A program made the position numbers and the translations under genes. A model generated the notes under the pieces. That model was not told where the DNA came from. It searched no databases and was given only the letters and a program-made list of their open reading frames with translations. DNA of 64,000 nucleotides, from IMG/VR virus record IMGVR_UViG_3300032323_000939, positions 31,506-95,505 of that record. The stretch is one strand, 5' to 3'. The stretch is from a virus. The first letter of the stretch is position 1. Each line of letters opens with the position of its first letter. Below are positions 39,888 through 48,485 of this stretch, piece by piece.

Positions 39888-40052
39888 TTACTCTTCTCGG
39901 TTACGCAGTGGATACGTAATTAGCCATGCAAACAAAGTACCCAAAATTGCATATCCAACTACAGTTTTTGCACTTCCGTCTAACACTACCCAAGCAATAA
40001 ACATGCCTAGTAGTGTCCAGAGTTGATCCACCATATCCTTTAGTATTTTCAC
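39888..40052 (-). CDS. two-TM small membrane protein, 54 aa
   Basis: MKILKDMVDQLWTLLGMFIAWVVLDGSAKTVVGYAILGTLFAWLITYPLRNREE; GTGA overlap with upstream stop. Confidence 0.65.
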   Translation of the reverse strand: MKILKDMVDQLWTLLGMFIAWVVLDGSAKTVVGYAILGTLFAWLITYPLRNREE

Positions 40053-41602
40053 AGAGTTTCCCTTCGTCTTGCTGCGTTGTTGTTTCCGCCACTACTTCCT
40101 CCAGTAGATGAACTGCTTGTGGTTGTTGCAGCAGCAACGGCTGCGGCTTGGATTGCTGCACCTCCAGCAATTACCGTTGCAATTACAGCCTTTGTTGATT
40201 CTTCACGTTCTTCTTCGCTCATGTCTGCGCCAAGGCTTCCTAATGCAAGTAAAGCCATTGCAGGATCAGTAAATATTGCGCCAATTAATTCAGCAGGATT
40301 TTCAACCAATATAAGAGCGTCAGCAACTTCTGCAGTAATAATAACTTGATTTCCATTTTCATCAGTTCTAACTTCTACTGGTGTTTCTGGAGGAAGATCT
40401 GCATATGTAAGTCCTGCATTTTCCATGTCTTCAGCAGTAACTGCTAACCCATTCTCAAGTGCATCAGCAATAAGAATTTCGGCAATTAATTCTTTTTCAG
40501 ACTCTGTTAAAGTACCATCTGCCATAGCATCATCTACTAAATCATCTACAGAAGGAGACTCAGGTGCAGGAACAGGTTCAATTTCAGGCTCAGGCTCAGG
40601 CTCTAATTCTACTTCTGGAAGAGGCTCAGGAACAGGCTCTGGTTCAGGCTCAGGCTCAGGTTCAATTTCTGGGTCTTCTGGTTGCACAGGTGCGGGCTCT
40701 TCTTCAGGCTCTAGCGAAGGAGGAATTGGAACAGGGTCCACTATCACTGGTGGAGTTGGAGCAACAGGTTGAGGTCCTGGAGCCGTCGATGTATCAGTCT
40801 GAGAAGTTTGAGTATCCACAGTTGCAGAACCACTATCGACAGTCGATGTCGAAGTATCAACAGTAGAAGTTGAAGTATCGGTTGTTGTAGTTGAGGTATC
40901 GGTTGTTGATGTTGAAGTATCAACAGTTAGGGTTGCCGTATCTACTGGCGTAGCAGTTAATACTGGAGCAACTGTAACTTGAGTTACGCCGTATTCTGCT
41001 AACGTAACTACATCACCATTTACTAATCGAACACCAGTACGTGTTTGATTTTCATAAGTAGGTCCTGTTACTAGATACGACATTGCTACAGTTCCATCCG
41101 TATTTATTGCAGCAGTAATAACAATGTTTGTTGGAGTCGTTGTTCCTTGCAACCAAATAGGACGTGCTGAAATATCTACTTGAAATCCACCATCACTTGA
41201 TTGAATAATTAAGTGTTCATCTGAACGCCATTGTGGGTATACAACCCAGTCCATACTGTATAAGGAAATAGAGGGAGTGCTTGGGTAAGTCCAATAAGTA
41301 CCATCTGGAGCACCAAAAGTAATTACCGAGTTAGTTGTAGCATAAACACGGTCGTATTGAACTCCATCAAAAGTAACAGTTGCAGTTATAGGGACTTGGT
41401 AAGAGACGTCATCTCCACCGCAAGTCTGTAGTGTAGTTACAGTAGGAGTTTCGCCAACAGCAGTAGGTTCTGCAGCAGCAGCAATGGTTGCGGCTTGAGC
41501 AGTGTTTATGCACGTTGCATAGGCTGGTGTTGCAACTATTAAAGGAAGTAGAGAAAAAGATGATGCGACAGATAGTGCTGCGAATATACGCAGTTTTTTC
41601 AA
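40049..41602 (-). CDS. exported/membrane-anchored protein with Thr-rich and (PE)n linkers
   Basis: N-terminal signal peptide, beta domain, DTST and PEPE repeats, C-terminal hydrophobic segment. Confidence 0.75.
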   Translation of the reverse strand: MKKLRIFAALSVASSFSLLPLIVATPAYATCINTAQAATIAAAAEPTAVGETPTVTTLQTCGGDDVSYQVPITATVTFDGVQYDRVYATTNSVITFGAPDGTYWTYPSTPSISLYSMDWVVYPQWRSDEHLIIQSSDGGFQVDISARPIWLQGTTTPTNIVITAAINTDGTVAMSYLVTGPTYENQTRTGVRLVNGDVVTLAEYGVTQVTVAPVLTATPVDTATLTVDTSTSTTDTSTTTTDTSTSTVDTSTSTVDSGSATVDTQTSQTDTSTAPGPQPVAPTPPVIVDPVPIPPSLEPEEEPAPVQPEDPEIEPEPEPEPEPVPEPLPEVELEPEPEPEIEPVPAPESPSVDDLVDDAMADGTLTESEKELIAEILIADALENGLAVTAEDMENAGLTYADLPPETPVEVRTDENGNQVIITAEVADALILVENPAELIGAIFTDPAMALLALGSLGADMSEEEREESTKAVIATVIAGGAAIQAAAVAAATTTSSSSTGGSSGGNNNAARRRETL

Positions 41603-41646
41603 GTATTCCCCTCGGAATTCTTAATGCCCTCTTCGTGACTAGTTAA

Positions 41647-41880
41647 TTATACTGGTTTCCAATTTTTATTTATAATAAACTTTGATGCGTTGTTCTGTGA
41701 GTTTACTGACTCTCCTTGCACACCCTTACCACGAGATGCCCAAGAAACTACGCTAGGTTCTGCTTTTGATTTATAACCTAAGTTAGTATTAAATACAAAC
41801 TCTTGTTTTCTTGTAGTACGGTTTGGATTAACCGCTAATCTTTTTCTATCTAATTTTTTAGAACCAAATACAGAATCCAT
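41647..41880 (-). CDS. hypothetical basic protein
   Basis: 77 aa, TAATG coupled. Confidence 0.6.
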   Translation of the reverse strand: MDSVFGSKKLDRKRLAVNPNRTTRKQEFVFNTNLGYKSKAEPSVVSWASRGKGVQGESVNSQNNASKFIINKNWKPV

Positions 41881-42245
41881 TAACTAACACCGCCATTTGA
41901 ACCATTAAACGTAACTCCACCTATACCCATGGTGTCTCTTGTAGATGCGGTCTTACCTTTACTTATTGGTTTTTTACGTTCTTTCATGCTTCCTTCACGA
42001 GGATCTGTACCTGCTGACATAGCGCCAACCATGTTAGGATAATTAGAAAAATGATAGCCGTTACCCACAAACCCAGATTCACGTTTACGTTTAAACCTAC
42101 GTCGCTGAGTGTTCTCTACAGACTCTGACTTTTGAAATTGATTAGATAAGTTACTTGCCATTTGACTTACTCCATACCTTCCGTATGTACCACCTGGTCC
42201 GCCATACATTCCTTTTCCAGTATTGTAAAAATCACTTCCTGCCAT
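41880..42245 (-). CDS. hypothetical low-complexity protein (internal NLSNQF)
   Basis: 121 aa Gly-rich. Confidence 0.6.
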   Translation of the reverse strand: MAGSDFYNTGKGMYGGPGGTYGRYGVSQMASNLSNQFQKSESVENTQRRRFKRKRESGFVGNGYHFSNYPNMVGAMSAGTDPREGSMKERKKPISKGKTASTRDTMGIGGVTFNGSNGGVS

Positions 42246-42438
42246 AAGTTAAAACTCCTTCAGGATCAAATACAACTAAAGATTGAAGAACCAATTTGTT
42301 CCCCGTACCTCTAGCGTGATGTCCACAGAAGTAAAGTTCTCCACTTGCTAAAGTTGCACGAACCATTGCCTGTGCATTGCATTTGTCACATCGTTCTGTA
42401 ATTAAAATTGCTCTGTGCGTGTCTAGCGCCGTAGACAT
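42232..42438 (-). CDS. small Zn-ribbon protein
   Basis: 'RCDKC.AQA.VR......LYFCGHH'. Confidence 0.7.
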   Translation of the reverse strand: MSTALDTHRAILITERCDKCNAQAMVRATLASGELYFCGHHARGTGNKLVLQSLVVFDPEGVLTYGRK

Positions 42439-42614
42439 TAGAAAAATCCTGGCTTTGCTATTTGTTGGTTGGCTCCTGGAGCATACTTGTTTTGAACTGA
42501 AGATATCTTTAAAGGCTGTGGATCATCAAACTTTAAGTTTTTTGGCATAGCACCCATCTTAGTCATACTACTGGTGTTTAGACTAAATTGACCCTTTGAC
42601 AAGTTCTGATTCAT
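42438..42614 (-). CDS. small protein with N-terminal NLSKGQF tag, 58 aa
   Basis: MNQNLSKGQFSLNTSSMTKMGAMPKNLKFDDPQ...; TAATG coupled downstream. Confidence 0.6.
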   Translation of the reverse strand: MNQNLSKGQFSLNTSSMTKMGAMPKNLKFDDPQPLKISSVQNKYAPGANQQIAKPGFF

Positions 42615-42674
42615 GTATTAATTTTGCCCTCTTTATCGTGTACTGTACGCTTATACAAAAGGAGGATAGACCCT

Positions 42675-42815
42675 ATGAAATTATGGGAAGTAATAAAAGC
42701 ATTTTGGTGCAAACATGGAGAAGTTGTAAACTCATCATGTCCATTTACTGAGAAAACCTATGAGGTATGTGTGGATTGTGGTGTAACTGTTTCGGTGATT
42801 AGAACTCACTCGTAA
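42675..42815 (+). CDS. small Cys-containing protein, 46 aa
   Basis: MKLWEVIKAFWCKH...CVDCG; AGGAGG RBS. Confidence 0.6.
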   Translation: MKLWEVIKAFWCKHGEVVNSSCPFTEKTYEVCVDCGVTVSVIRTHS

Positions 42816-42994
42816 TGCCAATTTACACATATGCGTGCATGTCTTGTGATACGGATTATGAAAAAGAGCGTAGCATAAACGATGCAGAACCAAAATACAT
42901 CTGCGAAAGTTGTGGCTACGCTCTAATTCGAACTTATACTCCAGTTACCGCCGTGTTTAAAGGCGGAGGGTTTTACAAAACGGATAACCGTTAG
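42815..42994 (+). CDS. FmdB-family zinc-ribbon protein, 59 aa
   Basis: MPIYTYACMSC...CESCG...FKGGGFYKTD. Confidence 0.85.
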   Translation: MPIYTYACMSCDTDYEKERSINDAEPKYICESCGYALIRTYTPVTAVFKGGGFYKTDNR

Positions 42995-43314
42995 TTATAG
43001 TTAGGGTCAATTTTTGCTTGCTTGTCAGCAGCCTGACGATTTTCTACCTCTGTATCGGCAACAGTCTTTGCGCCTCTATCTACAGTTGAAAATGCAGCAT
43101 TGATTTCATCTAGAGACAGTTTGCCATCATCCATAAATGCACGGGCTAACTTTTCTACTACTGCTGCGACCGCTGTAAGACCAGCAACTGTTACTGCAGT
43201 AATTGTATCTACGCCAGCAATAGCACCAGCACCAATCACAGACAGACCAGATGCTGCAAAGACAGCAACAATACGCATTAATACATTTTTAAGTGATGCC
43301 ATAGTGTTCTTCAT
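42991..43314 (-). CDS. membrane protein (holin-like)
   Basis: two TM helices then 'DDGKLSLDEINAAF'. Confidence 0.65.
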   Translation of the reverse strand: MKNTMASLKNVLMRIVAVFAASGLSVIGAGAIAGVDTITAVTVAGLTAVAAVVEKLARAFMDDGKLSLDEINAAFSTVDRGAKTVADTEVENRQAADKQAKIDPNYN

Positions 43315-43351
43315 ACCGTTCTCGATTCCCCCTCGGATTGAAGTACTATTA

Positions 43352-43615
43352 TCAGTCTTGTTGGATTCCCATACGTTCTAAATACTTCTCTTTTTCACTC
43401 ATAAGGTATTCTTCAATCCTTTTATACTGAATTTGAACCTGTTCTGAGGTTGCTTCTATTTGTTCTGCTGTCATTTCTTTATTTAAATCCTTAAATGTCT
43501 CTACTGCCAAATCTAGTTCAGTTTTGGCTAGTGCTGCTTTTAATTGTGCGTCTTTCCATAAAAATTCTGCGTGTTCTTCTTTTCTTTGTTTTCTTTTATC
43601 CTGTGTCTTAGACAT
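43352..43615 (-). CDS. hypothetical coiled-coil protein
   Basis: 87 aa, GGAGG RBS. Confidence 0.65.
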   Translation of the reverse strand: MSKTQDKRKQRKEEHAEFLWKDAQLKAALAKTELDLAVETFKDLNKEMTAEQIEATSEQVQIQYKRIEEYLMSEKEKYLERMGIQQD

Positions 43616-43652
43616 ATAGATCCTCCGTATATTTAGCCTATCAGAATGTTAG

Positions 43653-43698
43653 GAGCAGTTTATGCGGGCTCATGCTCAGGAGCCACATATTCAGTTGT
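43653..43698 (-). ncRNA. candidate H-type pseudoknot RNA element
   Basis: ACAACUGAAUAUGUGGCUC-CUGAGCAU-GAGCC-CGCAUAAAC-UGCUC: P1 GGCUC/GAGCC, P2 GAGCA/UGCUC. Confidence 0.45.
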
Positions 43699-43742
43699 TA
43701 GCGCAGTGTAACTTCACATGCATGTGATGCACACCACAAATG

Positions 43743-44288
43743 TTACTTATATTGTTCAATCTCCTGATATGGTCCAGATGTAAAGGCTGTTATCTTAGAT
43801 GCCGCTTCCATGGCTTCCATAGGTGTAGCACCAACCCATAGAGCGCCCAAGGCGTAGGTTCCACCAGAACCAATGGTGTAAAAACCCTCTACAGTTCTAA
43901 TTACAGATAGATCTTGGTCAATATCAAATAGTTCCCCACCAACAGCCATAATGAACTGAAATCTTAATCCATCTTTAGATTTATCGTGGTCTTCACTAAA
44001 GTCATATCCATTATCAACTAGACACTTACGCAAAGAAGGCATGGCCTTAGAAATCATAAAGTGATAGACATCTTTTGCATCTTTAGCAGTTAACTTTGGC
44101 GGAGTCCATATGTGTTGGGCAATATCGCATGGAGACACCTCACCAGCACCAGCAATTAAGAAGTCACCACGTTCTGCAATCTTCTTCATTTGTTCGTGAC
44201 GATATACTCGTCCGTTATCATCCGTTACTTGATTGTCTGCAAGTAATACACAATGATCTTCATACTGTACCCCAATGATTGTGGTCAT
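43743..44288 (-). CDS. proteasome-beta/HslV-like Ntn threonine peptidase
   Basis: N-terminal MTTIIGV...LLADNQVT, K at expected position, 'IGSGGTYALGAL'. Confidence 0.8.
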   Translation of the reverse strand: MTTIIGVQYEDHCVLLADNQVTDDNGRVYRHEQMKKIAERGDFLIAGAGEVSPCDIAQHIWTPPKLTAKDAKDVYHFMISKAMPSLRKCLVDNGYDFSEDHDKSKDGLRFQFIMAVGGELFDIDQDLSVIRTVEGFYTIGSGGTYALGALWVGATPMEAMEAASKITAFTSGPYQEIEQYK

Positions 44289-44365
44289 CGACATCCCCTT
44301 TCAGTAGAAAGCCCCCCTAGGATACCAGAAGCATCCAGGAGGGCTATAGGGTTAATATGTCCGAT

Positions 44366-45106
44366 TTATAGGAGTTTGACCAGTTCTGCCCAGGTCTTAG
44401 GTCCAATGATGCCATTAGAGTCTAAGTTCTTATGGTTGTCTTGGAAAGCAATTACCTTGGCTCTTGTCTTTGGGCCATAGTTTCCATCAGCAATTAGGCT
44501 AAGTGCTCTCTGGATTATCTTTACACCTTCGCTCTTATCTCCAGGTTTAATAGTGCCTGGGAAAGCAGGAGCCTCTGGTGCAGGAATCTTTGCTGTAACT
44601 TCGTTACCAGAATAGTTTGGACGACCAAACCCAACAATAGAAACCATAACTTTCTTTTTATTGGCAATATAGCCACGAGTCTTAACTGCGACCTCTCCAC
44701 CATTACGTTGATCTCCTTTAGGATTGCCAGCAGTATTACCTTCAATACAAGTAACTGTTCCATCTCCGTTGTTCTCAACTACGATACCTACGTGGGAGAT
44801 TCTATCTACACCATCTCCAGGAAAATCAAAATAAGCAATATCGCCAGGTTGTGGTGATGCAGACTTTGCGTCTGTCCAAGTTCCCATCTTCTTGAAGGCA
44901 GCGGCACCTGCTACGGTTGATACCGTATTAGGGACCTTTACTCCTGCTTCTTTAGCGCACCACATAACAAATGATCCGCACCAAGGTAAGAAATTTGCTT
45001 TAGTAAAGGCACCGTACTTGGTTTCATTGTCTTTTGGACCTTCAATAGTTCCTACTTCTTTTTTTGCTACCGCAATTAGAGCGGCTGCCGTGTTCTTGTC
45101 TGCCAT
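44366..45106 (-). CDS. endolysin: CHAP domain plus peptidoglycan-binding domain
   Basis: 'PWCGSFV.W', 'PQPGDI..F', 'SHVGIV', 'IEGNT'; 'V..IQ.AL...DG.YGPKT...FQ...GIIGPKTW'. Confidence 0.9.
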   Translation of the reverse strand: MADKNTAAALIAVAKKEVGTIEGPKDNETKYGAFTKANFLPWCGSFVMWCAKEAGVKVPNTVSTVAGAAAFKKMGTWTDAKSASPQPGDIAYFDFPGDGVDRISHVGIVVENNGDGTVTCIEGNTAGNPKGDQRNGGEVAVKTRGYIANKKKVMVSIVGFGRPNYSGNEVTAKIPAPEAPAFPGTIKPGDKSEGVKIIQRALSLIADGNYGPKTRAKVIAFQDNHKNLDSNGIIGPKTWAELVKLL

Positions 45107-45155
45107 AGGGCTCCCTTCGTAAAAGACTATTGTTGCAGTATGGTAGGTTTAGCAC

Positions 45156-45683
45156 ATGGCTAAAATTGTTGAGTTATCTAAAGATGAAGTAAGAATCTGT
45201 GCCCAATTAGGTATGGAGCGATGGTTAGCAAAATTTGGATCAACTGACCGTCCCAACTACGCACTAGGAAAAGCCAACGGCACCCTAGAGCGAGAGTTAC
45301 AAGCAAATGTCCGTGCAAATGTCGCTGAGTATGCGGTGGCTAAGTTGTACAGGATGCCTTGGACTGTCCCATGGTATCCAAATGAAGAACATCCGTATCG
45401 TATGGATCATCCTGATGTTGGTACAAATATTGAAGTGCGTTGCATTAGAACTAGAGACGCAATACCTGTATGGAAGAAAGATGTAAATAAAGGCGCAATA
45501 ATTGTTGGTGCCTATGTTGAAGATCAAGAGTATTTCTCTTCAGTAAAGGTATTTGGTTACTTACCAGTAGAGGAATGCCAGAAAGATGAATGGTGGACTC
45601 CATATGAGAACTCATGGCGAGTTCCTACGTCAGAGTTTATTGACGAGATTCCATCCTACTCATCAACACCTTTGCACGTTTAG
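45156..45683 (+). CDS. hypothetical protein, possible PD-(D/E)xK nuclease-like fold
   Basis: 'AEYAVAK...PDVG.NIEVR'; leaderless after TGG-TAGGTT. Confidence 0.55.
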   Translation: MAKIVELSKDEVRICAQLGMERWLAKFGSTDRPNYALGKANGTLERELQANVRANVAEYAVAKLYRMPWTVPWYPNEEHPYRMDHPDVGTNIEVRCIRTRDAIPVWKKDVNKGAIIVGAYVEDQEYFSSVKVFGYLPVEECQKDEWWTPYENSWRVPTSEFIDEIPSYSSTPLHV

Positions 45684-45993
45684 AAGGCTCTTTAGTTAAG
45701 AAGCCTCTTCCCTTGGCTTTTTCATAAGGAACTGGAGTTTTAAATTGGTCTGCTGTTGGATCAACCACATCTCCTGATTTATGTTTTAAAAACCAGTGAC
45801 TAGTTCCTTCATGTTTAATTTGCATTGGAGTGTAACCAGCAGCCTTACCACCTAGAGAGTGGTACACCGCTTCACTTGCTACATAGCAATGCCCAGTAGT
45901 TTTGCATTCGTGTCCACGAAACTCTGGACTACGCAAATCATCACTGAGATGCTCTCTAACATTAGTAACTATCTGGTGATCGTAGTTATTCAT
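45637..45993 (-). CDS. papain/transglutaminase-like protein (C-H-D)
   Basis: 'GHCYVASEA', 'SHWFL', 'VVDPTADQF'. Confidence 0.55.
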   Translation of the reverse strand: MNNYDHQIVTNVREHLSDDLRSPEFRGHECKTTGHCYVASEAVYHSLGGKAAGYTPMQIKHEGTSHWFLKHKSGDVVDPTADQFKTPVPYEKAKGRGFLTKEPSKRAKVLMSRMESRQ

Positions 45994-46496
45994 TGAAACT
46001 GCCTAAAGTGTCCAGGATGAATATTGGTAGGAACATATTCTTTGCCCATCTTCTCATCGTAACTTCCTTTATCGGTAAAGTTAGTAGTCATTGCTAAGTG
46101 ACCGCCTAAGAAGTTTTCTTTTCTTTCACCTAATCCTGGTTGACGAAACACTGTTACTGGCACATGAGATACGCCTTCTGCCATTGCTGCTTCTAATCTG
46201 TGGTGGCCTTCTCCAACAACTCCCCACTTATTAGCATGATCATATGCAATCATAATTGGATTGTTAATGCCTTTACCTTTTTGAATATCTCCTCTAATTC
46301 CAGCAATAGTCTTTTCACTAGAAGGCTGTGCATCAGCGCCTCTGCGTCTGTGTTCCATTAAAGGAATTAAACGCTCAGTTCTAACCATGCCAGTAGCACT
46401 CTCTGTTGGATCTCCTTCAAGATGACCCTTGCCACCTGCTTTTCGTTGTTGCACATAATCAGGAACAGGAACATTAAATTGTTTTTGGTTTAACAT
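45990..46496 (-). CDS. ParB/Srx-like domain protein with N-terminal LNQKQF tag
   Basis: 'GINNPIMI...VGEGHHRLEAA...GVSHVPV'. Confidence 0.75.
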   Translation of the reverse strand: MLNQKQFNVPVPDYVQQRKAGGKGHLEGDPTESATGMVRTERLIPLMEHRRRGADAQPSSEKTIAGIRGDIQKGKGINNPIMIAYDHANKWGVVGEGHHRLEAAMAEGVSHVPVTVFRQPGLGERKENFLGGHLAMTTNFTDKGSYDEKMGKEYVPTNIHPGHFRQFQ

Positions 46497-46957
46497 TATG
46501 CTGTCATCTCTTTAGGAGTTTTATATGTGCGTCTTCTTGCTGGACGTTTACTGTCTTTACTCGCTACCCAAGAAGAAAAAGTGGGTGACTCATTTCTTCT
46601 TAGCCCATTCCAATTACCTGTAACAGGATCTGCTTCAGGTCCAGAGATACCAGTAACTTTTACTTTTGCTCCAGGTTTAACTGGAACTTCTTTTTCTGGA
46701 CTTTTAATATCTTTATCATTTAGATCAACTTGGGCACGGCTTAGTTTACGACTATTTGTCTCTACTGCACTGATAGGTACTTCTGCATGCATTACGGTGC
46801 CAAATGATCCAGCAAATCTTCTTGCTACTTTAGGGTCTGCTGACCAATGCATTCCAAGAGGTACGTCTTTTCTAAACTTACGAGTTACACCACGATGTAC
46901 TTGAAAAGTTAATTCTGGTTGATTCCACTGTCTTCCTAAGTTATTTTCAGCAGCCAT
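46496..46957 (-). CDS. ADP-ribosyltransferase-like protein with N-terminal NNLGRQW tag
   Basis: 'VHRGV', 'LGMHWSADPKVARRFA', 'EKEVPV'; start at ATG 46957 (TAATG). Confidence 0.55.
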   Translation of the reverse strand: MAAENNLGRQWNQPELTFQVHRGVTRKFRKDVPLGMHWSADPKVARRFAGSFGTVMHAEVPISAVETNSRKLSRAQVDLNDKDIKSPEKEVPVKPGAKVKVTGISGPEADPVTGNWNGLRRNESPTFSSWVASKDSKRPARRRTYKTPKEMTA

Positions 46958-47310
46958 TATGCTTTCCACTTTCTTGGTGGAGTGTATGTGCGTGTGCGGT
47001 CTCTTTTGTCACTTAATTTAGTGACAGCAGTTACGTGCACGGTGCTACCTTTCTTAACAGGAATCTCATTCTCCCAATACTCGTCATAGACTTGATTCTT
47101 CTTTAAGACGTCAGGGCGAGTCTCACGACTCTTCTTAGCCACTTGACCTTCAATAACAACACCTGGTCCTCGCCGAATAGGATTTCTTGCAAAACCTACC
47201 GCTCTCTCTGGATCTTCTGTCCAGTGCATGCCAAGAGGCTTCTTAACATCTGTAGTAGAACTTAATCCACGATACAGAGTATGAAACTGAGTAGAAGATA
47301 AATTACTCAT
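46957..47310 (-). CDS. ADP-ribosyltransferase-like protein with N-terminal NLSSTQF tag
   Basis: 'LYRGL', 'LGMHWTEDPERAVGFA', 'ENEIPV'; paralog of 46496..46957. Confidence 0.55.
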   Translation of the reverse strand: MSNLSSTQFHTLYRGLSSTTDVKKPLGMHWTEDPERAVGFARNPIRRGPGVVIEGQVAKKSRETRPDVLKKNQVYDEYWENEIPVKKGSTVHVTAVTKLSDKRDRTRTYTPPRKWKA

Positions 47311-47554
47311 GTTCTTCCCTTGGTTCAGAGGTTTGACGCTTCTTTACGTTATAGCCAACCCTTGGACCTTGCATTAAATCTTTAATTCCCTCAGCACTAG
47401 ACATCTGTGTCTTATTTAAGTTGTTGTTTACCCATGCAGATATGTACTCAGATCCGCCTTCGTAATCTACGCTCTTAACTTTAAATCTTTCCTGGACGGA
47501 ATCCTTTCCGTAGCCAGTTTGAGAGTAACCTGTAAACTTAGACTTCTTCTTCAT
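47303..47554 (-). CDS. hypothetical basic protein
   Basis: 83 aa, overlapping neighbours. Confidence 0.6.
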   Translation of the reverse strand: MKKKSKFTGYSQTGYGKDSVQERFKVKSVDYEGGSEYISAWVNNNLNKTQMSSAEGIKDLMQGPRVGYNVKKRQTSEPREEHE

Positions 47555-47811
47555 AAGTAATCTTTACCGTAGTTCTCTCCATGCACCTTCTTTTGGACTG
47601 CTGGTACGAAGTGCTTGTGTGGAGTAGTTCCTGCAACTCTGTCACCTGCTTTATCGTGTTCGGCTTTATGCGCCTTCTCATCTATACCTGTGCGAGACCA
47701 TCCACCTTTTGGAGTAATGCCATGTTCTTTACGCAAATGTTCGGCAACAGACATATTAAATTTAATAGGAGTAAATTTAAACTGCTTACCTAAGTTATCG
47801 GATGCAGCCAT
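47551..47811 (-). CDS. His-rich small protein with N-terminal DNLGKQF tag
   Basis: MAASDNLGKQF...EHLRKEHG...H.AEH...HKH. Confidence 0.65.
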   Translation of the reverse strand: MAASDNLGKQFKFTPIKFNMSVAEHLRKEHGITPKGGWSRTGIDEKAHKAEHDKAGDRVAGTTPHKHFVPAVQKKVHGENYGKDYL

Positions 47812-47943
47812 TTACTTACTGACCTTTGGCTTGTATGGCTCAATGCGAGATTTAATTGTTCCATCTTTACGCATAATTACAATCCAACCATCTTTAATTA
47901 CTTTCTTGTTAAATGGTTCGTTGCGTGTGTATTTAGCACTCAT
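47812..47943 (-). CDS. small basic protein, 43 aa
   Basis: MSAKYTRNEPFNKKVIKDGWIVIMRKDGTIKSRIEPYKPKVSK. Confidence 0.55.
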   Translation of the reverse strand: MSAKYTRNEPFNKKVIKDGWIVIMRKDGTIKSRIEPYKPKVSK

Positions 47944-48257
47944 TTGTGTTCTCCTGTAATCATAAAGCCATGAGGTGAGGAATAGAACCTCTCACCCTCT
48001 ATGTTCCCAGATTCTTCTTTAACTTCTTTGCTAACTGGCTCTACTTTATAGACCTTCACTGGATTCTTCTCAAAACCTTTTGGCATCTTAGTCTCGCCAA
48101 AGAATCTTGCTTGCCCTGGATCACTTGTTGCCCAGGCACGAGCCATGCGGCCTTCACCCTCAGTAACAGCAGGAAATATAAAGCCACCACTTACATCTGC
48201 ACGAGTGCCGTGGTACATATCAGGAAACTGCTTAGGAGATAAGTTACGGCTACTCAT
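47940..48257 (-). CDS. Arr/ART-like protein with N-terminal NLSPKQF tag
   Basis: 'MYHGTRAD...AWATSD...A..F...VYKVEP' resembles the rifampin ADP-ribosyltransferase (Arr) layout. Confidence 0.55.
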   Translation of the reverse strand: MSSRNLSPKQFPDMYHGTRADVSGGFIFPAVTEGEGRMARAWATSDPGQARFFGETKMPKGFEKNPVKVYKVEPVSKEVKEESGNIEGERFYSSPHGFMITGEHK

Positions 48258-48385
48258 GCCTTGGTGCTACTTGCTGTATTAGATGCCTTAGATTTAGGGA
48301 CTATCTGCATAGCGACATTTACGTATTTATCTTTTGGCATGATCTTAACGCCAAATTGTTTAGGCGATATGTTCTTAGAACTCAT
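48254..48385 (-). CDS. small protein with N-terminal NISPKQF tag, 43 aa
   Basis: MSSKNISPKQFGVKIMPKDKYVNVAMQIVPKSKASNTASSTKA; ATGA overlaps at both ends. Confidence 0.6.
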   Translation of the reverse strand: MSSKNISPKQFGVKIMPKDKYVNVAMQIVPKSKASNTASSTKA

Positions 48386-48483
48386 TCTTTCACCTCACGA
48401 GAGTCAGTCTCACAGATGCACTTGCATGTGTCTACTGTGCAGACGCCGTAACTAATTTGATGAGTACATAATTTACAGGTCAT
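48382..48483 (-). CDS. Cys-rich micropeptide, 33 aa
   Basis: MTCKLCTHQISYGVCTVDTCKCICETDSREVKE. Confidence 0.55.
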   Translation of the reverse strand: MTCKLCTHQISYGVCTVDTCKCICETDSREVKE

Positions 48484-48485
48484 AA

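Noticed and set aside
39901-40170. 89-aa ORF from the track
   Set aside because: Overlaps 40049..41602; a coupled two-TM ORF (39888..40052) in another frame explains the region better.
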